Shown piece by piece: positions 1-10,138 of a stretch of 20,997 nt of DNA. Origin of the DNA: a virus (Duplodnaviria > Heunggongvirae > Uroviricota > Caudoviricetes); IMG/VR virus record IMGVR_UViG_2534681759_000007. The stretch is one strand, 5' to 3'. Within the stretch, counting starts at the first letter, position 1. Each line of letters starts with the position of its first letter. The notes below the pieces were generated by a model. That model had not been told where the DNA came from. It searched no databases and saw only the letters and a list, made by a program, of their open reading frames with translations. A program made the translations under genes and the position numbers.

Positions 1-1164
1 TTACGCCTTCTTTATATCCTCCATAATTCCAGAGTGGGACATATTTGGGACATTATCACCAAAAATGTCGTCTATTTTCCTCGCATGCTCTGTCAAATGA
101 TTAGGCGCAAGGTGAGCATACCTACGAACCATTTCTATGGACTCCCATCCGCCCATTTCCTGAAGCACTGATAATGGGACGCCTGACTGAATCAGCCAGC
201 TTGCCCAGGTGTGTCTGAGGTCATGGAAACGGAAATCTTCAATTCCTGCACGACGACAAGCTGATAGCCATGATGTCTTGCTGTCGATGCGCATCTTCCT
301 GACCGCAGGCGTTGATGTTCCATCTGCTCGCTTAGCCGCCTTGGTATGTACAAACACCCATTTGTGATGCTTGCCTATTTGATCACGCAACACTTTACAG
401 GCGGTATCGTTCAGCGCCACACCAATGGCGCGGTTTGATTTGCTCTCTTCTGGATTCACCCAGGCAACTCGTCGCTGCATGTCGATTTGTTGCCATTCCA
501 GATTTATGATGTTCGACTTTCTCAGACCAGTTGCCAGCGCAAACTTGACGACAGATTTCAGTGGTTCGGGGCACTCATCAATAAGGCGTTTTGCTTCCTC
601 CTTTTCCAGCCATCTGACTCGCTTGTTTCTGACCGCTGGTATCTTGATGACAGGCGCTTTTTCCAGCCACTTCCAGTCGCGTTCTGCAGCACGGAGAATG
701 GCCTTTATCATGGCAAGATGCTTTGCCTTTGTCTGAGTTGATACTGGCTTTGGTTCATAAACAGGCGGTTCTTTACCTTTCCTGATGGCGGCCTGAACTT
801 TCTGTTTCCATATTTCTTTCGTCTTTCTGTTATGCATTCTGCTTACAGCAGAGTAAATCTTTGCCTCCGAGATATCTTTAAGCCTTATACCCTCAAAATG
901 TTCAAGCCAGAACTCAATCCGGCTTTTATCTGAATCGAGAGATTTTTTATCAGCTTTTTCCTCAAGCCATCTTAGGCAGGCCTCTTCAAAAGTGACATCA
1001 GGTAAATCCCCTAGCTTTTCTACTCGCCAGAGTTCTGCTTTTCGCTTGTCGTGCAACTCCTGAGCTTGCCGCTTGTCCTTTGTGCCAAGAGATTCCTTAA
1101 TTCGTTTCCCGCCCGGGAGCGAATACGAGGCATACCATATTTCATTTCTGCGGAAGAGTGACAT
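1..1164 (-). CDS. int: Phage integrase, tyrosine recombinase family
   Basis: 387-aa ORF with ATG at 1164 and stop at 1-3. C-terminal region [15 protein letters not shown]...VRRYAHL fits the R..H-x-x-R..Y catalytic signature of tyrosine recombinases. First gene at the left edge, as expected at a prophage end. Confidence 0.9.
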   Translation of the reverse strand: MSLFRRNEIWYASYSLPGGKRIKESLGTKDKRQAQELHDKRKAELWRVEKLGDLPDVTFEEACLRWLEEKADKKSLDSDKSRIEFWLEHFEGIRLKDISEAKIYSAVSRMHNRKTKEIWKQKVQAAIRKGKEPPVYEPKPVSTQTKAKHLAMIKAILRAAERDWKWLEKAPVIKIPAVRNKRVRWLEKEEAKRLIDECPEPLKSVVKFALATGLRKSNIINLEWQQIDMQRRVAWVNPEESKSNRAIGVALNDTACKVLRDQIGKHHKWVFVHTKAAKRADGTSTPAVRKMRIDSKTSWLSACRRAGIEDFRFHDLRHTWASWLIQSGVPLSVLQEMGGWESIEMVRRYAHLAPNHLTEHARKIDDIFGDNVPNMSHSGIMEDIKKA

Positions 1165-1391
1165 TTTCTTTCCTCTGTTATGCCATCACCCGCGCTCACC
1201 TGGACAGTATGCAGCGGAGACTGAAGCGCCGCAATGCAGGCTTGCCGTGTTGTGAGGTAAGGAGATTTTGGCTTGGTTGGATCTTTACGTGTTGCCTGTA
1301 GGCGGCCTGTTCGTATCCAGTTGGTGGCGGTTGGTCTGGATATCTTAAGAAACTGACAGGCCTCATCGAGTGTGAGGCTGTATGATTCCAT
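1020..1391 (-). CDS. Excisionase-like DNA-binding protein (AlpA/Xis-type HTH); 3' extent uncertain
   Basis: ATG at 1391 preceded by a GAGGT Shine-Dalgarno-like sequence; N-terminus [31 protein letters not shown] resembles excisionase-type HTH proteins. The open frame overlaps the start of int by about 145 nt, which is unusually long. Confidence 0.55.
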   Translation of the reverse strand: MESYSLTLDEACQFLKISRPTATNWIRTGRLQATRKDPTKPKSPYLTTRQACIAALQSPLHTVQVSAGDGITEERKCHSSAEMKYGMPRIRSRAGNELRNLLAQRTSGKLRSCTTSEKQNSGE

Positions 1392-1641
1392 GGTTACCTC
1401 TGCTTTTTGAACGCATGTCACGTAACTTCTTAATGTGTTCTGCCGTTTCGATCTCTTCTGCTATCCGATCTGCATCAGCTTTATTCACAGGTTCAAAGTC
1501 ATGATTAAAGCGGAACATGCTGGCGATACATGTTCTGCCTTTTCGGATGTAGTGAACTTTGTTGTGGGTAGAACGCAGGATTTTGCAGGGAGTGCCGTGG
1601 TGGTCGACGTACCAGGTGTTAGGAAAAATGATTCTGAACAT
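1363..1641 (-). CDS. Hypothetical small phage protein
   Basis: 92-aa ORF, ATG at 1641 with GAGGTG 8 nt upstream; co-oriented with int/xis; no family recognised. Confidence 0.45.
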   Translation of the reverse strand: MFRIIFPNTWYVDHHGTPCKILRSTHNKVHYIRKGRTCIASMFRFNHDFEPVNKADADRIAEEIETAEHIKKLRDMRSKSRGNHGIIQPHTR

Positions 1642-1688
1642 TTTTACACCTCAGTTGGACGATGTTGAAATTTGCTGCTTTGAGGCCA

Positions 1689-1907
1689 TCACAGTCCCCA
1701 TTGTTTGTTCTTAAGTTCGATCTCCTCCTGGCAACTTGCACAAGTCCGACAACCCTGAACAGCCAGGCGTCTTCGCTCATCTATCGGATCGCCACACTCA
1801 CAACAATGAGTTGCGGATACAGTCTGGTAGTTCAGACGACGCATTTTTATTGCTGTATTGCGCTGTAATTCTTCGATTTCTGATGCTGAATCAATGATGT
1901 CTGCCAT
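1689..1907 (-). CDS. TraR/DksA-family C4 zinc-finger protein
   Basis: 72-aa ORF with CCECGDPIDERRRLAVQGCRTCASC, i.e. two C-x2-C pairs typical of phage-encoded TraR/DksA-like zinc fingers. Confidence 0.75.
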   Translation of the reverse strand: MADIIDSASEIEELQRNTAIKMRRLNYQTVSATHCCECGDPIDERRRLAVQGCRTCASCQEEIELKNKQWGL

Positions 1908-2005
1908 CTTCCATTAATCCCTGAATTGTTGGTTAATACGCTTGAGGATGAATGCGAACAATAAAAAAGGAGCCTGTAGCTCCCTGATGATTTTGCTTTT
2001 CATGT

Positions 2006-2320
2006 TCACCGTTCCTTAAAGACGCCGTTTAACATGCCGATCGCCAGGCTTAAATGAGTCGGTGTGAATCCCATCAGCGTTACCGTTTCGCGGTGCTTCT
2101 TTAGTACGCTACGGCAAATGTCATCGACGTTTTTATCCGGAAACTGCTGTCTGGCTTTTTTGATTTCAGAATTAGCCTGACGGGCAATGCTGCGAAGGGC
2201 GTTTTCCTGCTGAGGTGTCATTGAACAAGTCCCATGTCGGCAAGCATAAGCACACAGAATATGAAGCCCGCTGCCAGAAAAATGCATTCCGTGGTTGTCA
2301 TGCAGCCTCCCGACGGGCAA
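2006..2320 (-). CDS. Hypothetical phage protein (start uncertain)
   Basis: 104-codon open frame beginning with TTG at 2320 (AAGGA upstream); in-frame ATGs at 2287 and 2221 are alternative starts. Co-directional with neighbours, no family recognised. Confidence 0.4.
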   Translation of the reverse strand: MPVGRLHDNHGMHFSGSGLHILCAYACRHGTCSMTPQQENALRSIARQANSEIKKARQQFPDKNVDDICRSVLKKHRETVTLMGFTPTHLSLAIGMLNGVFKER

Positions 2321-2855
2321 GAATCCTTGAGCCGAACGCCATCAACTCTCCACGATCAACAGTCGTAAAGTGGCAGTGTGTACGGGGGTATGGGTGCCAG
2401 ATAATGAGCATCGAGCCTTTATTATTTCCACTGACGGGTTTCTCAGTGAGTGGGTTAATAAATGCCAGTCGTCCTGCCGTGATGAATCTGACCTCACTGG
2501 CGGTTTGTATCGCTTCATGAAACCATCCGACAGATGTGTCAGCAGGCAATAACATTACACATCCCACACTACTGAATTTGTTTTCAGTGGCTGCCTTTTT
2601 CACAAAAGGGGAAATATTGCTGTATGGTGGATTCAACCAGACATAACCAGAGGCATATCCCATTGCTTCAGGCCATGAAGTGGTTAATGTGTTCTGCTCC
2701 TGTGAGATAAAAAGCCGACATAGTCGGTTTTTTTCGCTGGCGGCAGCATCAAGTTGAAAAACGAACTCTGCATTAAGCGCAGCAAAAATCTCTGGTGGTG
2801 TGCGCCAGCTGTCGCGATGTTCGGCAGGAGTATTGCTTCCGGTGAAATCAGTCAT
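2298..2855 (-). CDS. Phage DNA N6-adenine methyltransferase (Dam-like)
   Basis: 185-aa ORF containing the NPPY motif (YVWLNPPYSN) typical of amino-methyltransferase motif IV; ATG at 2855. Confidence 0.75.
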   Translation of the reverse strand: MTDFTGSNTPAEHRDSWRTPPEIFAALNAEFVFQLDAAASEKNRLCRLFISQEQNTLTTSWPEAMGYASGYVWLNPPYSNISPFVKKAATENKFSSVGCVMLLPADTSVGWFHEAIQTASEVRFITAGRLAFINPLTEKPVSGNNKGSMLIIWHPYPRTHCHFTTVDRGELMAFGSRILARREAA

Positions 2856-3009
2856 ACAGCCCCCGTTTATTATTTATCTCCTCAGCCAGCCGCTGTGCTT
2901 TCAGGGGATTTCGGATAACAGAAAGGCCGGGAAATACCCAGCCTCGCTTTGTAACGGAGTAGACGAAAGTGATCGTGCCTACCCGGATATTATCGTGAGG
3001 ATGCTTCAT
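2848..3009 (-). CDS. Small hypothetical protein (53 aa) coupled between exo and the methyltransferase
   Basis: My own translation of the minus strand: [53 protein letters not shown]. Its ATG overlaps the exo stop and its TGA overlaps the methyltransferase ATG (ATGACTGA arrangement). Too short to appear in the supplied ORF track. Confidence 0.3.
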   Translation of the reverse strand: MKHPHDNIRVGTITFVYSVTKRGWVFPGLSVIRNPLKAQRLAEEINNKRGLYD

Positions 3010-3686
3010 CGCCATTGCTCCCCAAATGCAAAACCAATTTCAGCCAGTGCCTCGTCCATTTTTTCGATGAACTCCGGCACCATCTCGTCAAAACTCGCCA
3101 TGTACTTTTCATCCCGCTCAACCACGACATAATGCAGGCCTTCACGCTTCATACGCGGGTCATAGTTGGCAAAGTACCAGGCATCTTTTCGCGTCACCCA
3201 CATGCTGTACTGCACCTGGGCCATGTAAGCCGACTTTATGGCCTCGAAACCACCGAGCCGGAACTTCATGAAATCCCGGGAGGTAAACGGGCATTTCAGC
3301 TCAAGGCCATTGCCGTCACTGCATAAACCATCGGGAGAGCAGGCGGTGCGCATACTTTCGTCGCGATAGATGATCGGGGATTCAATAACATTTACGCCGG
3401 AAGTGAACTCAAACAGGGTTCTGGCGTCGTTCTCGTACTGTTTTCCCCAGGCCAGCGCTTTAGCGTTAACTTCCGGAGCCACACCGGTGCAAACCTCAGC
3501 CAGCAGGGTGTGGAAGTAGGACATTTTCATGTCAGGCCACTTCTTTCCTGATCGGGGCTTTGCTATCACGTTGTGAACTTCTGAAGCGGTGATGACGCCG
3601 AGCCGTAATTTGTGCCATGCATCATCCCCCTGTTCGACAGCTCTCACGTCGATCCCGGTACGCTGCAGGATAATGTCCGGTGTCAT
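3006..3686 (-). CDS. exo: Lambda exonuclease (Red alpha)
   Basis: 226-aa ORF that I recognise as near-identical to phage lambda Exo ([40 protein letters not shown]...); overlaps bet stop as in lambda. Confidence 0.95.
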   Translation of the reverse strand: MTPDIILQRTGIDVRAVEQGDDAWHKLRLGVITASEVHNVIAKPRSGKKWPDMKMSYFHTLLAEVCTGVAPEVNAKALAWGKQYENDARTLFEFTSGVNVIESPIIYRDESMRTACSPDGLCSDGNGLELKCPFTSRDFMKFRLGGFEAIKSAYMAQVQYSMWVTRKDAWYFANYDPRMKREGLHYVVVERDEKYMASFDEMVPEFIEKMDEALAEIGFAFGEQWR

Positions 3687-4468
3687 GCTGCCACCTTCTG
3701 CTCAGTGGCTTTCTGTTTCAGGAATCCAAGAGCTTTCACTGCTTCGGCCTGTGTCAGTTCTGACGATGCGCGAATGTCGCGGCGAAATATCTGGGAACAG
3801 AGCGGCAATAAGTCGTCATCCCATGTTTTATCCAGGGCAATCAGCAGAGTGTTAATCTCCTGCATGGTTTCATCGTTAACCGGAGTGATGTCGCGTTCCG
3901 GCTGACGTTCTGCAGTGTATGCGGTATTTTCGACAATGCGCTCGGCTTCATCCTTGTCATAGATACCAGCAAATCCGAAGGCGAGACGGGCACACTGAAT
4001 CATGGCTTTATGCCGTAACATCCGTTTGGGATGCGACTGCCACGGCCCCGTGATTTCTCTGCCTTCGCGGGTTTTGAATGGTTCGCGGCGGCATTCATCC
4101 ATCCACTCGGTAACGCAGATCGGATGATTGCGGTCTTTGCGGTAAATCCGGCATGTGCAGGATTCGTTGTCCTGTTCAAAGTCCATGCCGTCAAACTGCT
4201 GGTTTTCGTTGATGATGCGGGACCAGCCATCAACGCCCACCACCGGAACGATGCCGTTCTGCTTATCGGGGAAGGCGTAAATTTCTTTCGTCCACGGATT
4301 AAGGCCGTACTGGTTGGCGACGATCAACAATGCGATGAACTGCGCATCGCTGGCATCACCTTTAAATGCCGTCTGGCGAAGAGTGGTGATCAGTTCCTGT
4401 GGGTCGACAGAATCCATGCCGACACGTTCAGCCAGCTTCCCAGCCAGCGTTGCGAGTGCAGTACTCAT
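3683..4468 (-). CDS. bet: Lambda Bet (Red beta single-strand annealing protein)
   Basis: 261-aa ORF recognised as near-identical to lambda Bet ([66 protein letters not shown]...). Confidence 0.95.
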   Translation of the reverse strand: MSTALATLAGKLAERVGMDSVDPQELITTLRQTAFKGDASDAQFIALLIVANQYGLNPWTKEIYAFPDKQNGIVPVVGVDGWSRIINENQQFDGMDFEQDNESCTCRIYRKDRNHPICVTEWMDECRREPFKTREGREITGPWQSHPKRMLRHKAMIQCARLAFGFAGIYDKDEAERIVENTAYTAERQPERDITPVNDETMQEINTLLIALDKTWDDDLLPLCSQIFRRDIRASSELTQAEAVKALGFLKQKATEQKVAA

Positions 4469-4473
4469 TCGTT

Positions 4474-4770
4474 TTATACCTCTGAATCAATATCAACCTG
4501 GTGGTGAGCAATGGTTTCAACCATGTACTGGATGTGTTCTGCCATGCGCTCCTGAAACTCAACATCGTCATCAAACGCACGGGTAATGGCTTTTTTGCTG
4601 GCCCCGTGGCGTTGCAAATGATCGATGCATAGCGATTCAAACAGGTGCTGGGGCAGGCCTTTTTCCATGTCGTCTGCCAGTTCTGCCTCTTTCTCTTCAC
4701 GGGCGATCTGCTGGTAGTGACGCGCCCAGCTCTGAGCCTCAAGACGATCCTGAATGTAATAAGCGTTCAT
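4474..4770 (-). CDS. gam: Lambda Gam, short (98-aa) form, RecBCD inhibitor
   Basis: 98-aa ORF recognised as near-identical to lambda GamS ([21 protein letters not shown]...VDIDSEV). The upstream in-frame extension that gives GamL in lambda is not conserved here. Confidence 0.95.
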   Translation of the reverse strand: MNAYYIQDRLEAQSWARHYQQIAREEKEAELADDMEKGLPQHLFESLCIDHLQRHGASKKAITRAFDDDVEFQERMAEHIQYMVETIAHHQVDIDSEV

Positions 4771-4845
4771 GGCTGAACTCCTGAAAATGGCTGTGAAAAA
4801 ATCGCCCGCGGAATGCCAGGCTGATTCGGAAAACAGGAAAGGGGA

Positions 4846-4911
4846 TTAGTGATTCAGACCGTTGCCGCGTCCGTCGAGAAAAACTTCCACGAGCAAGTCA
4901 CGGGTATAAGT
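4846..4911 (-). pseudogene. kil: 3' remnant of kil homologue, separated from its 5' part by the IS100 insertion
   Basis: Joining 6866-7095 to 4846-4911 across one copy of the TAAGT duplication restores a continuous frame ending ...IERTYTRDLLVEVFLDGRGNGLNH-stop. The stop (cac taa) sits at the position I remember for the lambda kil stop relative to gam, about 75 nt upstream of the gam ATG. Confidence 0.55.
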
Positions 4912-4918
4912 TGTCAAT

Positions 4919-6865
<1,947 letters not shown>

Positions 6866-7095
6866 TAAGTGCGCTCAATGCCGCGATGCAGATAAAGTCG
6901 TCCGCGTAAATTAGCTGATGCAGTCCAGGTACCATCTTTGCGTTTGACCAGCATTCCTGGCATGACCGCACCGCGATTAACGGTCTGCGTTCCGTAATGT
7001 TGATGAACCATAAAAACTCCTGCCCGTAAGCTGGGCTGCTGAACATATAAAGACTTCTGCGCGTATTCAGGCGGTGGATGGCCGCCGGTTGTCAT
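6866..7095 (-). pseudogene. kil: 5' part of kil homologue interrupted by IS100 (true start uncertain, possibly an internal Met)
   Basis: The open frame from 7095 runs into the IS100 right end at 6865, where the translation switches to IS-derived sequence. Internal Met codons at about 6963 and 6954 would give a reconstituted product of about 50 aa, similar in size to lambda Kil. Confidence 0.55.
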
Positions 7096-7264
7096 AACTA
7101 AGCCGCCTCGTTGAAGCGACTAAGGTATGAAATGTTGAGTTGATTTCAGCTGGTCACACCGACGTTCACGCGTCCGTTTCATCCCTCGCACTCCCCGAAG
7201 CCTGCTGAAATTCAAGCTGCGGATCTAAGCGGTCATCGCAACGGTGAATCAGGTAGTTGCCGTA

Positions 7265-7360
7265 TCGTTGTGTTGTTGCGATGAACTTATTTAAAACTAT
7301 AGTTGTTTTATCGTCAACAACAAAAGTTGTTTTATTGGTTGTTTTAGATATAACTGGTTG
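7265..7360. promoter_or_regulatory. Putative OL/pL operator-promoter region (GTTGTT/AACAAC dyads)
   Basis: Clustered dyad-symmetric sites, e.g. AACAACAAAAGTTGTT (7316-7331) and TTGTTTTATCGTCAACAA (7303-7320), sharing half-sites with the cI-cro intergenic region. Position between the rex-slot gene and the leftward early operon matches lambda OL. Confidence 0.5.
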
Positions 7361-7488
7361 TATTTAGGATGGATTTATTTTGTGACTTGCATCGCACAGC
7401 GATAACTGAAGCGAGGTCGTGGTGGTTTTTTGAACGGTTTGTGTGATGAGGGGAGGCAAAAGAAAACCCGGCACGACGGCCGGGGAAA

Positions 7489-8352
7489 TCATTTCGCATC
7501 TACAATAAATAACCTGTTTATCTGGCCTTTTTTAACAGTAGCCTTTGCGGTTATAGTGAATACTGCAGATGGATCACCTTTGGTTGATATATATGCACTA
7601 AGAGCTCTAATATACGGGTTATTCTTCTTTCCTGCAGCTGGATCGCTAATTTCAGCAGTGATTCTCTTTTTTGAGTCATCACCATCTAAAATTATTTTAG
7701 CTGTCATATTTTGTGCATCAAATTCTGTAAGAAAAGCACGATACTCACGAAGACCGAGAACTTCATCATCATCAAGCCTATCAATTTCAGCTTTATCTCT
7801 CTCGTTAACTTTTAGAAGGCAGCCGTCAACATTTGTTGCAACACTTATCTGATCGCAAGTATTACCAATAGGTGATACTGCCTGCCTTACAGAGGGGCGA
7901 AGCTCTACAGCCATTCGGTCAATCAAAGAGATCAACTTATCAATGGTTCCAGCATCCTTGTTTCCTAGTGCCTCTATGGCCTTTTCAAGTGACTGCTGCA
8001 AAGCTTTCATTTCATCTTTCTTGTTAGAATTTCTCGCAAAAATATATTGTAGTATTGCGCCAAGTATAGTTGCGGCGATCCCCGAGAACAACTGGTTCTG
8101 AGTGGCGAAGTTAAGAACTGCTTCAAGAGTAAAGCAGTTAGCTTTTGCTTCGCGTGCGTAAACCTTAACTTCCTGATAATTAATGTATTTACTATATTTT
8201 TGTGTAACAGAGAAAGAAGCTGCTGTTGAGAGAACTTTAGAAAAACCCTTTAGGGATTCTCCTAGGCAGTTCAAATCTATTTCATGATTTAAAGCATCTT
8301 TTCCGTCATACCTAAGAGAGATTTTTATATCCTGTAAAGCGTCACAATCCAT
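7489..8352 (-). CDS. Hypothetical protein in the rexAB-equivalent slot downstream of cI; candidate superinfection-exclusion/abortive-infection protein
   Basis: 287-aa ORF, ATG at 8352, 66 nt after the cI stop and co-oriented with it; visibly AT-rich relative to flanking phage genes; one central hydrophobic segment ([18 protein letters not shown]); no family recognised. Confidence 0.6.
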   Translation of the reverse strand: MDCDALQDIKISLRYDGKDALNHEIDLNCLGESLKGFSKVLSTAASFSVTQKYSKYINYQEVKVYAREAKANCFTLEAVLNFATQNQLFSGIAATILGAILQYIFARNSNKKDEMKALQQSLEKAIEALGNKDAGTIDKLISLIDRMAVELRPSVRQAVSPIGNTCDQISVATNVDGCLLKVNERDKAEIDRLDDDEVLGLREYRAFLTEFDAQNMTAKIILDGDDSKKRITAEISDPAAGKKNNPYIRALSAYISTKGDPSAVFTITAKATVKKGQINRLFIVDAK

Positions 8353-8418
8353 AAATCGCTCTCGTCTAATTCTAATTAAATTTACTATCCCCTAAACGAC
8401 TCATCAGCACAGTACTGA

Positions 8419-9108
8419 TTATCCATGTTTCCTGTACGTCTGGGGCATGCTCCCAATAACCTTACCGAAGATGAACACCCGGTTCATCTCGTCTTTCTCG
8501 ATCGGGTCCCACGGTGAGTAGCTCTTGTTATCAGAGATAACCAGCAGCTTATCCTTCATCATTTGCAGGCGCTTTACATGGGCTGTGTCGTCGTACAGAA
8601 ACGCATAGATACCATCACCGTCGAAAGATTTAACCGTGATATCAACGAACAGCAGATCACCTGGTTCGATCGTTCCTGACATGCTGTCACCACGCACGTT
8701 AATGATGCGGATATTTTCCGCCTTCCTACCATCGAACATGTGACGAGCATCGTCAAACGAGTACTCAACCGAGCGTAGAACTTCTACAAACTCACGGTTG
8801 ATGACTCCCGGCCCAGCACTGACTTCTATATCAAGAACGTCAATCTTGAAGTATTTGGAATGGCTGACAGTTGATTGTATTGGTTGCACTGTACTGTCTG
8901 ACATATTTCCAACGCCAGAAGATAACCATTCTGCGCGCACACCCAAAGCGTTCGCGATCTCCACGATTTTAGTTGTTTGATTAGCTTTCCCTGTTTCGAT
9001 TTTCTGAATAGCAGCCTGGCTAACCCCGACCAAATCCCCAAGCGCCTTTTGTGTAAGGCCTCGCGCTAATCTGGCTTCTTTAAGTCTTTCTGAGAGTGTT
9101 GTTTTCAT
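8419..9108 (-). CDS. cI: CI-like prophage repressor (N-terminal HTH plus C-terminal S24 LexA-like peptidase domain)
   Basis: Start taken at MKTTLSERLKEARLARGLTQKALGDLVGVSQAAIQKIE (ATG 9108), an XRE-type HTH. C-terminal GDSMSGTIEPGD and HVKRL supply the Ser/Lys dyad of autocleaving repressors. Divergent from cro across an operator-containing spacer. Confidence 0.85.
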   Translation of the reverse strand: MKTTLSERLKEARLARGLTQKALGDLVGVSQAAIQKIETGKANQTTKIVEIANALGVRAEWLSSGVGNMSDSTVQPIQSTVSHSKYFKIDVLDIEVSAGPGVINREFVEVLRSVEYSFDDARHMFDGRKAENIRIINVRGDSMSGTIEPGDLLFVDITVKSFDGDGIYAFLYDDTAHVKRLQMMKDKLLVISDNKSYSPWDPIEKDEMNRVFIFGKVIGSMPQTYRKHG

Positions 9109-9114
9109 AGTCCA

Positions 9115-9180
9115 AATGTACAACCAAGGTTTTATTCCATCAAACGAAAATGGTTGTTGACTAAAAACAACCATAGTTTT
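9115..9180. promoter_or_regulatory. Putative OR operator / pRM-pR region
   Basis: Perfect inverted repeat TGGTTGTT-N7-AACAACCA at 9151-9173 plus additional GGTTGT half-sites in the 104-bp cI-cro spacer. Confidence 0.55.
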
Positions 9181-9212
9181 AATCTTGATTCAAATTAACC
9201 ACGGAGGTTGTT

Positions 9213-9443
9213 ATGAACCCAGCTATCAAAACAGCGATCAATATCGTTGGTTCACAAAAGAAACTGGGCGCTGCTTGCGAAGTTTCACAGCAGGCCGTCT
9301 ATAAGTGGCTTCACAACAAAGCAAAGGTATCCCCTGAACATGTCGGCAGCATTGTTACGGCTACTGGTGGAGTAGTGAAGGCATACCAGATTCGCCCGGA
9401 TCTTCCGAAGTTGTTTCCACACACCGAAAAGAACGCAGCTTAA
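9213..9443 (+). CDS. cro: Cro-like repressor (YdaS-type HTH)
   Basis: 76-aa ORF with GGAGG Shine-Dalgarno sequence, divergent from cI; motif KKLGAACEVSQQAVYKWL is a Cro/YdaS-type HTH. Confidence 0.8.
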   Translation: MNPAIKTAINIVGSQKKLGAACEVSQQAVYKWLHNKAKVSPEHVGSIVTATGGVVKAYQIRPDLPKLFPHTEKNAA

Positions 9444-9512
9444 ATTTCCATTTCACGCTCTTTAACAATAAGCAATCAACTTAACAGTCAATTCAAACTA
9501 AAGGAGTCAATT

Positions 9513-10052
9513 ATGCAACCACTTACATACCAACAGACTAGCGGATTTAGCCCGACTGCGGTGATAAATCGTTCTCAAACAAAACAGGTGCCAGACCACG
9601 AAAAAATCCGTGATGCCGTCCGCGCCTGGTCGGCTGTAGATAATCAGGATGTCGTTGCCGCACTCATTGTGAATGAGTATCGGGAGCAGGGCGACGGCAC
9701 CATCGATTTCCCTGATGATGTCAGCCGTGCACGCCAGAAGCTGTTCCGCTTCCTCGATAACAAATTCGATTCTGAAAAATACCGAAATAACGTGCGTGAA
9801 CTGACCCCGGCAATTCTGGCGGTACTACCGCTGGAATATCGCGGTTACCTGGTTGAGCAGGATAGCTTCATGACTCGGCTGGCTGAAATGGAAAAGGAAC
9901 TCAGTGAGGCAAAACAGGCTGTCATTCTCAACGCACCACGCCACCAGAAACTGAAGGAAATTAGTGAAGGTATTGTGTCGATGTTTCGTGTGGACCCGGA
10001 TCTGGCTGGTCCATTGATGGCGATGGTTACCACCATGTTGGGGGCAATATGA
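9513..10052 (+). CDS. YdaT-family protein in the cII position
   Basis: 179-aa ORF with AAGGAG Shine-Dalgarno sequence. The segment RELTPAILAVLPLEYRGYL resembles the conserved core I remember from Rac-prophage YdaT proteins. It occupies the cII slot between cro and O. Confidence 0.55.
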   Translation: MQPLTYQQTSGFSPTAVINRSQTKQVPDHEKIRDAVRAWSAVDNQDVVAALIVNEYREQGDGTIDFPDDVSRARQKLFRFLDNKFDSEKYRNNVRELTPAILAVLPLEYRGYLVEQDSFMTRLAEMEKELSEAKQAVILNAPRHQKLKEISEGIVSMFRVDPDLAGPLMAMVTTMLGAI

Positions 10053-10138
10053 CAGGCTCAGAAATGGCGAAAGCCGGTCTGCGGGAACAGAGCCGACTTT
10101 CAGGCGCAAATCGTAACGCACTCATTGCGGGAGGAATT

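Noticed and set aside
1908-2005. Hairpin GGAGC-TACAG-GCTCC followed by a T-run on the minus strand (possible terminator) and an overlapping 29-codon ORF
   Set aside because: The stem is only 5 bp and it sits between co-directional genes of one operon; the small ORF lacks a ribosome-binding site. Neither is convincing.
4771-4845. Possible long form of gam (GamL) via an upstream in-frame start
   Set aside because: The region is homologous to the lambda sequence upstream of gamS, but the in-frame ATG that begins GamL in lambda is not present here; only the 98-aa short form is supported.
7120-7224. Short Arg-rich minus-strand ORF (…SRLRGVRGMKRTRERRCDQLKSTQHFIP) between OL and kil, reminiscent of the arginine-rich motif of N antiterminators
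   Set aside because: Only 20 codons from its ATG (34 with an alternative start), far shorter than any N protein, and no nut-like boxA/boxB structure was identified nearby. Noted only because no N-like gene is otherwise visible.
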